Shown: piece after piece, positions 1-9,320 of the stretch | Layout: each line of letters opens with the position of its first letter | How positions within the stretch are numbered: the stretch's first letter is position 1 | Origin: Alphaproteobacteria bacterium | GTDB lineage: Bacteria > Pseudomonadota > Alphaproteobacteria > Rickettsiales > SXRF01 | Assembly: GCA_033763775.1 (NCBI GenBank) | Contig: JANRJW010000003.1 | Location: forward strand, 40,753 to 104,752 | DNA length: 64,000 bases | Reading direction: 5' to 3' | Notes under the pieces: generated by a model | The model's input: only the letters and a program-made list of their open reading frames with translations | Told to the model about the DNA's origin: nothing | Databases searched by the model: none | Made by a program: the position numbers and the translations under genes

Positions 1-607
1 TCAGCCGGTTCTGCAGCGCGCGGGCATATTCAAGTACAATATCCTTCTCCCGTGTGCCTCGCGGGCCAATCGCGCCGGGATCCTGCCCGCCATGGCCGGG
101 GTCGATCACCACCACCGGTTTTTTCTTTCTGGCGGCCGGTGCTGGCGGTTTTTCCTTTTGTTCAGCGGGTTTTGCTGCGCCTGCAGCAGCGCTTGCCTGC
201 GCAGCACTGATTGCTGCACCCGCCGCAGAAAAACGAACCGTAAGCCTGCCTTCGCGACCGTCATAGCGGTGGCTGGCAATCGAAATGCCGCTTTTCAGCT
301 CAAACACATAACGCACCGTCTCCGGATCAAAGCGCCCACTACGAGCGGCCGTTATCAAGCCGCCTTCATAATTTCGCGGCAGGCTTAACTGCGGCGGTGC
401 ATCCCTGCGCTGCATGTCGATCACCAGGCGGTGGGGGTCGCCCAGAGTAAAGAGCTTGTAGCCATTGAGACCCTTCTGATAAATCGTGAGGGTTTCCTGC
501 CCATCCTGCCCGCGCACCAGCTCCATCGGCTGGCTGCTGGCAACCACTGGTTTCGGCGCCAGCATGACACCCATCAGCGATAGAACAAGAAAAGCTATGT
601 TTTTCAT
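1..607 (-). CDS. N-acetylmuramoyl-L-alanine amidase (AmiC-like), N-terminal part; 3' end lies beyond window start
   Basis: Not in the ORF track because it runs off the edge. My translation from ATG 607..605 gives [26 protein letters not shown] (signal peptide), then an AMIN-like region, then [41 protein letters not shown], which is the amidase_3 N-terminal signature. Confidence 0.8.
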   Translation of the reverse strand, partial: MKNIAFLVLSLMGVMLAPKPVVASSQPMELVRGQDGQETLTIYQKGLNGYKLFTLGDPHRLVIDMQRRDAPPQLSLPRNYEGGLITAARSGRFDPETVRYVFELKSGISIASHRYDGREGRLTVRFSAAGAAISAAQASAAAGAAKPAEQKEKPPAPAARKKKPVVVIDPGHGGQDPGAIGPRGTREKDIVLEYARALQNRL

Positions 608-1015
608 TTGCTTGCTTAAAATATCGCGCGTCTCCCTGACTGTTTTATTCTTACGCAAAAAAAACGCCAAAGTGAAGTTGCTTTATTCATCTGTTGTATA
701 AAAAAAAAATCACAGTATAGTGAGCTGGCTGCAAAAAATAAGTTTTACAGCAAGGAATTAGGCAGGCGTCTTGGTGAGTTTTTGCCCTCGCAAACCCGAA
801 GAAGCCTGTGAGGAAACACGACGTAACAAAGGATGATCGCGACTCTTTTTCAGCCAGTCGCCAGTGAATTATCAATGAGACACTCTCCCACCCATCGTTA
901 CCATGCCCCGCCAGTACACCTTGAATGGTCTGCTGCCCACGGTGCTGGACGCATGTCAGGTGATGGCTCCTAGTTAGCTGGTGGTTGGCCGGGGTCGCTC
1001 ACGAAAGGAGCACTC

Positions 1016-3676
1016 ATGGCTAAGAAAATGTTAATCGATGCGCTACACCCGGAAGAAACACGGGTTGTGATTGCGCATGACAATAAGATTGTTGACTATG
1101 ATTTTGTCAGCAGCAGCAAAAAGCAGGTCAAAGGCAACATCTACCTTGCCAAAATCACCCGGGTAGAACCGTCGCTTCAAGCGGCGTTTGTTGAATATGG
1201 ATCTGGCAGACAGGGTTTTCTGCCTTTTTCTGAGATTCACCCAGACTATTACCAGATTCCCACTTCCGATCGCAAACGCTTGATGGAAGAGGTCTCTCAA
1301 TCCAGCGATGATGATACCGTCAGCGATGGCGCAGATACCAGCCACCAACCACCCTATGATCAGGATGGCGCCGCCACTACCGAGGCGGAGGTAACACAGC
1401 TTACCGACGTCAGCGAGATGGATGCCGCCCTCGCCCCACTGCCGCTGGCACCAGCGATTGAAGAGTTGCCGGAAACGGAATTCAGCCCGGACGATGACCG
1501 TCCGGTATTTGCAGCAGAAAGTTCAGGCTCTAATGTGCTGGCCACTGAGGCCGCCCCCCAGCCGGATGATTTGGCCGCAAGCGATGATGTTCAGCCCACT
1601 GAGCATGGTCAGGAACCTTCGGATATCAACCCCTACAACGACGCACCAGCCGCTGAATCGGGCGCAGAATCTTCTGGCGAATCGGTTGAAACCATTCCCA
1701 ACGATGAAGAAGAAATCCAGAGTCGCCGCACCAAAAATCGCTTTTCCCGCCGCTACAAAATTCAGGAAGTGATTCGCCGCGGCCAGGTGGTACTCATTCA
1801 GGTTATCAAAGAAGAGCGCGGCAATAAAGGCGCATCGCTCACCACCTATCTGTCATTGGCTGGCCGCTACTGCGTGCTGATGCCGAACTCGCCCAAAGAT
1901 GGCGGTATTTCGCGCAAAATCGCCAGCGCGGATGACCGCAAGCGCCTGAAAGCCATCTCCACTGAGCTGAAACTGGCGCAAGGCATGAGCGTGATCATCC
2001 GTACCGCCGGCATGGATCGTACACGGGCAGAAATCAAGCGCGATTATGACTATCTGGTCAAGCTCTGGAACCGTATCCGCGAGGATACACTGCGCTCCAA
2101 TGCACCAGCGCTGATTTACGAGGAAAGCGATGTTATCAAACGCGCCATCCGCGACCAGTACACCAACGATATTGATGAGCTGGTCATTGAAGGCCGTGAA
2201 GGCTTTGAAACCGCCCGCGATTTCATGAAGCTTCTGCTGCCAAGCCACACGCCAAAAATCAAGCTGCATCAGGAAAGCATGCCGCTGTTTTATGCACATA
2301 ATATCGAAGATCAGCTGCTATCGATGCATGATGAGGTGGTGAAGCTTCGCTCTGGCGGCTATATTGTTATCAACCCCACCGAGGCACTCATCTCGATTGA
2401 CGTAAACTCCGGCCGTGCCACCGGTGAGCGCAACATTGAAGAAACCGCCACCAAAACCAATCTGGAAGCAGCTGCGGAAGTCGCGCGGCAGCTTCGCCTG
2501 CGCGACCTTGCTGGGCTGATTGTCATCGATTTCATCGACATGATGGAATCACGCAACCGCCGTGCGGTTGAAAAAGCGCTCAAAGATGCGCTGAAAATGG
2601 ATCGCGCGAAGATTCAGCTTGGCCGTATCAGCCCGTTTGGCCTTCTGGAAATGTCGCGTCAGCGTCTGCGTCCGAGCATTTCGGAAACCAACATGGTACA
2701 GTGCCCGCACTGCAGTGGCCGTGGTTATATCCGCTCCAATGAATCCTTAAGCATTCAGATGATCCGCGCACTGGAAAAAGAGGCAGCCAGCGGCAACTGG
2801 AGCGGCATTCGCTTGATTGCGCCGCAACAGGTCGCACTCCATCTGCTCAACACCAAGCGCGAAAATCTGCGCAGCATTGAAGAACGTCATCAGGTCACTA
2901 TTCAGGTGCTGATTGATACTGAGCTGGCAAGCTCTGAGTATAATCTGGAAAAAATGCGCCGCTCTGGATCAGATCGTCAATCCGGCAATGATCGTCGTGG
3001 CCGCGGGCGTGAACGCGACCGCGATCGTGACCGTCCACGCGAACAGGAAAACACCCCCGTTCAAGCCGACACGATTCTGGAAGAAATGAGTCTCGAACCG
3101 CAGGAAGAGAGCGGTGATGATCAGGAACCAATGTTCCCATCCGAAACATCAGAAAACGATAGCGGTAGCGGCAGCGAATTCCGCCCGGGCGGTCGTCGCT
3201 CGCGTGGGCGCGGACGCAATCGCCGTGGCGGTCGCGGACGTCGTGATCGCACGGATAGCCCGGCTTCCGAACAGCCGCAGGATCGCATCATGTCAGATAG
3301 CCAGAGCGCCGATGCACCTGCGATGGGAGCAACCGAGGGTGAGCCACAACCAAACCAGCGCTCCGGTCGCCGCGATGGTCGGGGCAGGCGTCGTTGGCGC
3401 GATCGCGGCGGGCGAGAGCAGACCAATCAACACTCAGCAGCTACCTCCTACAGCAGCACGAGTGATGCAACCAATGATAATCTTCAATCTGAACCCACAA
3501 GGCTACCCGCCTTTGCCACGCAGGAAGCAGCCTCAGTACAAACTGCTTTTGCAACGCCAAGTGTTCAGCCAATGATAAGCGCACCGATGGAACCACCGCC
3601 GCCCGCCAACCCGCGCGACCCAAGCGCTCCCGCCAAGAAAGGTTGGTGGCAGAAGATGATCCAGCTGGATGACTAA
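1016..3676 (+). CDS. rne: Ribonuclease E
   Basis: 886-aa ORF. The N-terminus MAKKMLIDALHPEETRVVIAHDNKIV and an S1 domain are present. Core blocks VIKEERGNKGA, GGYIVINPTEALISIDVNSG and the Zn-link CPHCSGRG are present, followed by an Arg-rich/acidic C-terminal tail. Confidence 0.95.
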   Translation: MAKKMLIDALHPEETRVVIAHDNKIVDYDFVSSSKKQVKGNIYLAKITRVEPSLQAAFVEYGSGRQGFLPFSEIHPDYYQIPTSDRKRLMEEVSQSSDDDTVSDGADTSHQPPYDQDGAATTEAEVTQLTDVSEMDAALAPLPLAPAIEELPETEFSPDDDRPVFAAESSGSNVLATEAAPQPDDLAASDDVQPTEHGQEPSDINPYNDAPAAESGAESSGESVETIPNDEEEIQSRRTKNRFSRRYKIQEVIRRGQVVLIQVIKEERGNKGASLTTYLSLAGRYCVLMPNSPKDGGISRKIASADDRKRLKAISTELKLAQGMSVIIRTAGMDRTRAEIKRDYDYLVKLWNRIREDTLRSNAPALIYEESDVIKRAIRDQYTNDIDELVIEGREGFETARDFMKLLLPSHTPKIKLHQESMPLFYAHNIEDQLLSMHDEVVKLRSGGYIVINPTEALISIDVNSGRATGERNIEETATKTNLEAAAEVARQLRLRDLAGLIVIDFIDMMESRNRRAVEKALKDALKMDRAKIQLGRISPFGLLEMSRQRLRPSISETNMVQCPHCSGRGYIRSNESLSIQMIRALEKEAASGNWSGIRLIAPQQVALHLLNTKRENLRSIEERHQVTIQVLIDTELASSEYNLEKMRRSGSDRQSGNDRRGRGRERDRDRDRPREQENTPVQADTILEEMSLEPQEESGDDQEPMFPSETSENDSGSGSEFRPGGRRSRGRGRNRRGGRGRRDRTDSPASEQPQDRIMSDSQSADAPAMGATEGEPQPNQRSGRRDGRGRRRWRDRGGREQTNQHSAATSYSSTSDATNDNLQSEPTRLPAFATQEAASVQTAFATPSVQPMISAPMEPPPPANPRDPSAPAKKGWWQKMIQLDD

Positions 3677-5042
3677 CAGGCCGGCAAAGCAAGGCAGGCA
3701 GCGCTTCAAAGCGCTGCTGGCCTGCCTTTTGGCAGGATTACTCACCGCTCAGAGCGCTTTTGCCGTACCATTGATACGTGATGCCGAAACCGAGCACACG
3801 CTGCGTATGATGGCAGATCCAGTGCTTGAAGCGGCTGGTCTTAAGCCAGACTCCACCAGACTTTTCATCGTCAATGACGACAGCATCAATGCCTTCGTTG
3901 CTGGCGGAGCGAATATGTTTATTTTCACTGGCCTTATACTCGCGGCAGAAACACCAGACATGCTGATTGGTGTCATGGCGCATGAATCAGGTCATATCGC
4001 TGGTGGACATCTGGCGCGCGGCGGTGAAAAGCTCAAAGATGCACAGCTTGGCACCATCATCAGCGCCGTGATAGGCGCTGCCGCCGCCGCTGCCAGCGGC
4101 AAACCGGAAGCCGCCGCGGCGGTTATCAGCGGTGGCCAGAATGCCATGCTGCGAAATTTTCTGGCATTCACCCGCGCCCATGAGGAAGCGGCCGATCAAT
4201 CAGCGCTTCGAACACTCGACAAGCTAGGTATTTCAGCGCAAGGGATGCTGAAAACATTTCAGCTTCTGCAGCGCAATGAACGCATGCGCGGTGGCAAGCA
4301 GGATCCCTACATGATGAGCCACCCGCTGAATGCAGCGCGAGTGGATCATGTACGCAATCACATCGCCAATTCCAGCATTCCGCCAGGCGCCTATCCAAGC
4401 CGTTTTGACCTTCCGCACCGACGCATGGCAGCCAAACTTTTCGCCTTCCTTGAATCGCCGGAGCGCACCTTTCAGAAATATCCGCGCAGTGATCGCTCTG
4501 TGCCTGCGCGTATGGCTCGCGCCATTGCTTATTTTAAAATGCCTGATGTTGCCCGCTCGCTGGAAGAGATGGACAGCCTGATGCGCGAACTTCCAAACGA
4601 TGCTTTTCTTTATGATCTGAAAGGTCAGATTCTGTTTGAAAGCAATCGAACCAGAGAAGCCTTAACCGCTTACCAGCGCGCCAACCAGCTGGCGCCGGAT
4701 AATCCGCTGATTCTCACCGAGCTAGGCAAAGTTGAAATGGCGCAGGAAAAAGCCAATCTCAGCGAGGCCACCAAACATCTGGAACGCGCATCTGTTCTCG
4801 ATCGCACTAATTCTCTTACATGGCGCCTGCTCGCCACCGCCTATGGCAAACAGGGCAACATCGCGCTATCAAACCTTGCACTGGCTGAAGAAGCACTACT
4901 GAGGGATGAGCCAGAGCAAGCCATGGCACGCATCGAGCAGACACTTACTCTTTCCAAAGAATCATCGCCCACACGCCAGCGCGCCATTGACATCAAAGAA
5001 GAAGCAATCAAGTTAAAAAAAGAAAAGGAAGATGCGCGCTAG
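3669..5042 (+). CDS. M48-family zinc metalloprotease with C-terminal TPR repeats (BepA/YfgC-like)
   Basis: Signal peptide, HExxH in VMAHESGHIAGGH, and a TPR-like C-terminal half. The start overlaps the rne stop by 8 nt. Confidence 0.85.
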   Translation: MTNRPAKQGRQRFKALLACLLAGLLTAQSAFAVPLIRDAETEHTLRMMADPVLEAAGLKPDSTRLFIVNDDSINAFVAGGANMFIFTGLILAAETPDMLIGVMAHESGHIAGGHLARGGEKLKDAQLGTIISAVIGAAAAAASGKPEAAAAVISGGQNAMLRNFLAFTRAHEEAADQSALRTLDKLGISAQGMLKTFQLLQRNERMRGGKQDPYMMSHPLNAARVDHVRNHIANSSIPPGAYPSRFDLPHRRMAAKLFAFLESPERTFQKYPRSDRSVPARMARAIAYFKMPDVARSLEEMDSLMRELPNDAFLYDLKGQILFESNRTREALTAYQRANQLAPDNPLILTELGKVEMAQEKANLSEATKHLERASVLDRTNSLTWRLLATAYGKQGNIALSNLALAEEALLRDEPEQAMARIEQTLTLSKESSPTRQRAIDIKEEAIKLKKEKEDAR

Positions 5043-5112
5043 CGGCGCAAAATTAAACTATACTTTGCGTCATCTTCTCCATAAAATGACGCCACTTATT
5101 TTTGGAGGATCC

Positions 5113-5958
5113 ATGATACAACGCACCACCCTATTTACCATGCTTGCTGCCGCCGCTGTTTCCCACAGCGCTTTTGCACAGGCGCCTGCTCCTGCCGCCG
5201 CACCAGCAGCCAATCAACCTGTCACGCGCGGCGAAATTCCGGCGCTTGTTAAAGAAGCACTGCTGAACGAGCCGGAAATCATCATGCAGGTTGCCCAGAA
5301 ACTCCGTGAAAAACAGGAAGAAGCAGCGAAGAAACAAGCCGCTGATGGTCTCAAGAAACATAAAGACAATCTTTTCAATAATCCTGATTCTCCTGTCATC
5401 GGCCCGAATGATGCGGATGTGACGATTGTTGAGTTCTTTGACTATCACTGTGGCTATTGCAAGCACATGCTGCCCGTCATCAATGACCTGATGAAAGAAG
5501 ACAAAAAAGTGCGTTTTGTGTTCAAAGAATTCCCGATTCTCAGTGAAGATTCTGTGCTGGCAGCGCGCGCTGCGCTGGCAGTAAACCGCGTGGCGAAGGA
5601 TAAATATTTCGCCTTCCATCAGGAGCTGATGAAAGCGAATGTCAAGTTCGATGAAAAGATGCTGCTCGATACGGCTAAGAAAGTTGGCGCGGATCCTGCC
5701 AAAGTCAAAGCCGAAATGGAAAAACCGGAACTCACAGCAATTCTCGATAAAAACCGTGAGATTGCTGGCGCACTTGGTATCAGCGGCACCCCCGCCCTCG
5801 TGATGGGTGATTCGATTACGCCAGGCGCTATCGACCTGCCAACCATCAAACAGATGGTCGCTGCGATTCGCGCTGGCAAAGACCCGCATGAGGTACTGAA
5901 GGCCGCGGATGATGCCATCGCCGCAGAAGCCGCCAAAGCAGCCGGTAATAAACAGTAG
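5113..5958 (+). CDS. DsbA-family periplasmic thiol:disulfide oxidoreductase
   Basis: CxxC motif in FFDYHCGYCKHM and signal peptide MIQRTTLFTMLAAAAVSHSAFAQ. I moved the start from 5032 to ATG 5113, which is preceded by GGAGGA. Confidence 0.85.
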   Translation: MIQRTTLFTMLAAAAVSHSAFAQAPAPAAAPAANQPVTRGEIPALVKEALLNEPEIIMQVAQKLREKQEEAAKKQAADGLKKHKDNLFNNPDSPVIGPNDADVTIVEFFDYHCGYCKHMLPVINDLMKEDKKVRFVFKEFPILSEDSVLAARAALAVNRVAKDKYFAFHQELMKANVKFDEKMLLDTAKKVGADPAKVKAEMEKPELTAILDKNREIAGALGISGTPALVMGDSITPGAIDLPTIKQMVAAIRAGKDPHEVLKAADDAIAAEAAKAAGNKQ

Positions 5959-5963
5959 TTTTT

Positions 5964-6371
5964 TTATTCTGCGTGCGTATCGAGGGTGTAATGCTCGCGA
6001 TACGTACGCAGCACTATCCTGCCTTTCATGGCATCAACGATTTCGCGGCACAGCTGATACGTATCAAAAGATCGCTCACGCTTGCTGAAATGATGTTCAG
6101 ACTGCTCAAAGATACCGGCCGGTAGCAAAGGGCACCACTTCCGTCCATCATACACGTCCATTTTCAGATAGCCGACAAAACCAACCACATCGTAGCGAGC
6201 TTCGGCTGGCGCGTTCTGACCACTGTAATGCGCATAAAACAACAGATCACCTTTAGCCGCGTGGTCATTAATATCCTCGTCTAAAAACTGCAGCCAGCTT
6301 TTACCGGAAAGCACGATTTCAATGCGCTCTACTGGCTTTGCCGTGTAGCGGATTTTGTTACGCTTGCCCAT
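5964..6371 (-). CDS. Hypothetical protein (135 aa), no family recognised
   Basis: Clean ORF on the same strand as ispE. Its ATG overlaps the ispE 3' end by 14 nt. There is no signal peptide or TM segment. Confidence 0.5.
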   Translation of the reverse strand: MGKRNKIRYTAKPVERIEIVLSGKSWLQFLDEDINDHAAKGDLLFYAHYSGQNAPAEARYDVVGFVGYLKMDVYDGRKWCPLLPAGIFEQSEHHFSKRERSFDTYQLCREIVDAMKGRIVLRTYREHYTLDTHAE

Positions 6372-7215
6372 GTGCGACCATCCTGCAAGGTTGAAACCAG
6401 TAATTCATGAAACGCGCGCTCAGCTGCTGCTGAGCAGCCTCTGCTTCCTGCATGGAGCGATAAAGCGCAAAGCACGCCGCACCACTGCCAGACATACGCA
6501 CCAGCTGTGTGCCTTTGGTTTCTGCGAGTGCATTAAGTAATACGCCAACCGCAGGGCACAGACTCACCGCCGCGGAAGTAAGGTCATTGCGCGCACGCGC
6601 CAGATAGCCGAGCAACGCCTCCTCATCTACCAGCGTATCAGGGCGACTGACAGGTGGCTGCAATGCTGAGAAAGCACGATACACAGACACAGTCGGAAGT
6701 GCCATGGCTGGGTAGGCCAGCAGCAGGAAGCTTTTGTAATCCAGCACTGCCGGCTCAAGCGTATCGCCAACACCAGAAAGCCACACAGGGCGAGAAAGCA
6801 CACAGGCCGGCACATCACTGCCTAGCTCAGCTCCCAGGCGCGCCAATTCTGTCATCGCAAGACCTAGCCGCCAGTGCTGGTTCAGCGCTCTCAGCGTGGC
6901 TGCCGCATCCGCGGAGCCTCCCCCAAGCCCTGCCCCAACCGGTATATTTTTTTTGAGTGTGATACGAACCTGCCTGGCGACGCCAAAGCTCGACTGCAGA
7001 AGCCTGACCGCGCGCAGTACCAGATTATCTTCTGCGGAAATCAGATCAGCATATGCGCCGCGCAGCTCCAGCGAGGTTTCATCCGCATCCGTCACCGTCA
7101 GCTCATCACCAAAATCCAGAAACACCACAAGGCTATCGAGCAGATGATACCCATCCTCACGCTTGCCAGTGATATGAAGGGTCAGATTAATTTTCGCGGG
7201 CGCAAAAAACTGCAT
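6358..7215 (-). CDS. ispE: 4-diphosphocytidyl-2-C-methyl-D-erythritol kinase
   Basis: MQFFAPAKINLTLHITGKREDGYHLLDSL N-terminus and the GHMP kinase loop PVGAGLGGGSADAAA. Confidence 0.9.
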   Translation of the reverse strand: MQFFAPAKINLTLHITGKREDGYHLLDSLVVFLDFGDELTVTDADETSLELRGAYADLISAEDNLVLRAVRLLQSSFGVARQVRITLKKNIPVGAGLGGGSADAAATLRALNQHWRLGLAMTELARLGAELGSDVPACVLSRPVWLSGVGDTLEPAVLDYKSFLLLAYPAMALPTVSVYRAFSALQPPVSRPDTLVDEEALLGYLARARNDLTSAAVSLCPAVGVLLNALAETKGTQLVRMSGSGAACFALYRSMQEAEAAQQQLSARFMNYWFQPCRMVAHGQA

Positions 7216-7223
7216 GGGGGTGG

Positions 7224-8951
7224 CTAACGCAGCGCGCCTTCAGAACCAGCCTGCTCTGACATCAGCACAGCTTTGCCGGTGGCGGCCGAACTCAGCGCAT
7301 CAAGACCATGCTCAATTTTCCTCAGAATCAGCTCGGCCTCTGCTTTTTCCGGGTTAAAACTCAGTGACCGTTCCCACTGAAATCGCGCTTCGGTTTTACG
7401 TCCCAGCCTCCAATAAATATCGCCAAGATGATCATTCACCGCCGGATCGCTCGGTAGCAGGCTGACAGCGCGCTCCATATAACGTGCGGCATCTTCGTAG
7501 CGCCCGCGCAGGTACAGCGACCACCCCATGCTGTCGATAATCTGCGGATCATTCGGGCGGGCGGCCAGCGCCTTTTCTATCATCTGCGATGCCTCGTCGA
7601 GCTTGACACCGCGCACCATCCAGCTATAGCCCAAATAGTTCAGCACATCCGGCTGATCGGGCGCAAGCACCAGCGCTTTCATCAGGTCATTCTCCGCGTC
7701 ATCCCATTGCTGCGTACGCTCAAAGCAGACGGCGCGTGCAAAAAGCAGCGCCCAATCTTCTTTAGAAAGCGCATCGAGCGAATTAAGCACCTGCGTGTAA
7801 GCATGGATTGCTTCATCATACCGGTGGTGACGGCGCAGCAGATCCCCGCGAGCAATCATTGCGCTGCGCGTGCCGGCGCCATGCTCAACCAACTTATCCA
7901 GTTGCCTGAGCGCTCCGGGCAGATCACCCATACGCTCCAGATTAATCGCGGCGCGCACCTGCGCATCGCTGTAAAGCCGTTCTTGTTCACGTATTTTTGC
8001 ATAGCCAAGACGGTTTGCGCGCTCATAAAGCCGCACATCGCTGTAGGCATCGCCGAGCGACATCAGCGCCGAAGCATTATCCGGTTTCAAATACAGCGAA
8101 AGCTGGAGATAGGCCAGCGCATCATGCGTAATGCCAGCGGAACGCATCACACTGCCCATGCTGAACAGCACCTCTGCCACCCCATCCATCATTGTGGGTT
8201 TAGGCGCATTTGCCGCTGACGCCATCTCAGGATAAAGTGCGAGATAGTCTTTCACCAGCGGCGCCAGCAGCGCCGGTGATCCATGGCGGCTGTAAAAGCG
8301 AATCATCTGCTCCATGACACGTGGGGGCGGATTTTTCGGGTTTTCCAGCGCGTCTTTGAAGTTGGTTGCGGCCGCCTCTGTAAACCCGGCATATTCGTTG
8401 ATCAGCGCCAGATGATAATGAAGAATCGGCACCGCGCGCGACAAATTACCACTCAGCTGCTGAATCACCACCGGCTCATCCGGCGGTCTGCGAACCACCT
8501 CAATCCACGACGAAATCAGTGGCAGCCATAGCTGGCCAACCCCGATTTCAAATGCATCATCCACCCGGCGCGATGCCTCATCCATCTTGTTGTTTTTCAC
8601 AGATTGCAGCAGCTGCACCAACAGCACCAGCGGGTCTTTGCCGCCAGTTTCCGGAAGCCCAGCAGCAATCTGCGTCGCCTCACGCACCTGCCCATCAAGC
8701 AGCATCAGGCTGATAAGCTGGGCAGAAATCTCAGCATCATCCGGCTGGTTGCGATGCACACGGCGCAAAAAGTGAATCGCGCCATCAATATCACCGCTGC
8801 TGCGAGCATAGTGGCTGGCAAGAAAACTGCCCGTCAGGCTGGCCTGCTTGGAAAGTTCGGCCTCTGTTTCCGCATGCGCCTGCCACGGCAGCAGCAGCGA
8901 CAACGCCAGCAAAGCCGCTGAAAAACGAATCAAATTCAGGCCATTAAGCAT
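7224..8951 (-). CDS. Secreted TPR-repeat protein
   Basis: 575 aa with a signal peptide (LLLPWQAHA) and many TPR-like helix pairs. It sits directly upstream of ispE. Confidence 0.8.
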   Translation of the reverse strand: MLNGLNLIRFSAALLALSLLLPWQAHAETEAELSKQASLTGSFLASHYARSSGDIDGAIHFLRRVHRNQPDDAEISAQLISLMLLDGQVREATQIAAGLPETGGKDPLVLLVQLLQSVKNNKMDEASRRVDDAFEIGVGQLWLPLISSWIEVVRRPPDEPVVIQQLSGNLSRAVPILHYHLALINEYAGFTEAAATNFKDALENPKNPPPRVMEQMIRFYSRHGSPALLAPLVKDYLALYPEMASAANAPKPTMMDGVAEVLFSMGSVMRSAGITHDALAYLQLSLYLKPDNASALMSLGDAYSDVRLYERANRLGYAKIREQERLYSDAQVRAAINLERMGDLPGALRQLDKLVEHGAGTRSAMIARGDLLRRHHRYDEAIHAYTQVLNSLDALSKEDWALLFARAVCFERTQQWDDAENDLMKALVLAPDQPDVLNYLGYSWMVRGVKLDEASQMIEKALAARPNDPQIIDSMGWSLYLRGRYEDAARYMERAVSLLPSDPAVNDHLGDIYWRLGRKTEARFQWERSLSFNPEKAEAELILRKIEHGLDALSSAATGKAVLMSEQAGSEGALR

Positions 8952-9078
8952 GTAAAGCGCGACCGAAATAATATATCGGCATCTGTCATAGCAGAAAGCG
9001 CAGTAAAATCCCAGAAATTACTTGCAGACGAATGAAAAATTACTACTATTCGCGCCTCATCAAGACAAAGGATTGACT

Positions 9079-9267
9079 ATGAGCAGCAAGAATAACCCGG
9101 AAGCCCGTGGCAAGGTCACGGAGCTGCGCAAATATAACGGCAAAAGCGTAAAGCCAGTGCTGTATATTCAGCGCGGCGTAGGTCGCTACATCGCCGCCGC
9201 GTTTGAAAATGGCGATCTGGTGATCGACAAAAACACCAAGCTTCCTATCGCTTACAAGAATATCTGA
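9079..9267 (+). CDS. Small hypothetical protein (62 aa)
   Basis: ATG at 9079 lies inside the 9022 (TTG) ORF and is preceded by AAAGGA. The product MSSKNNPEARGKVTELRKYNGKSVKPVLY... matches no family I recognise. Confidence 0.4.
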   Translation: MSSKNNPEARGKVTELRKYNGKSVKPVLYIQRGVGRYIAAAFENGDLVIDKNTKLPIAYKNI

Positions 9268-9320
9268 TTAAGGCCTGTTTTGCCGCCAGTCAGATAGCCC
9301 CAGCGCTTTCTGTCGCAAGG

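Noticed and set aside
5131-5889. 252-aa minus-strand ORF
   Set aside because: It is antisense to the DsbA-family gene, which has a signal peptide and a CxxC motif. This is a shadow ORF.
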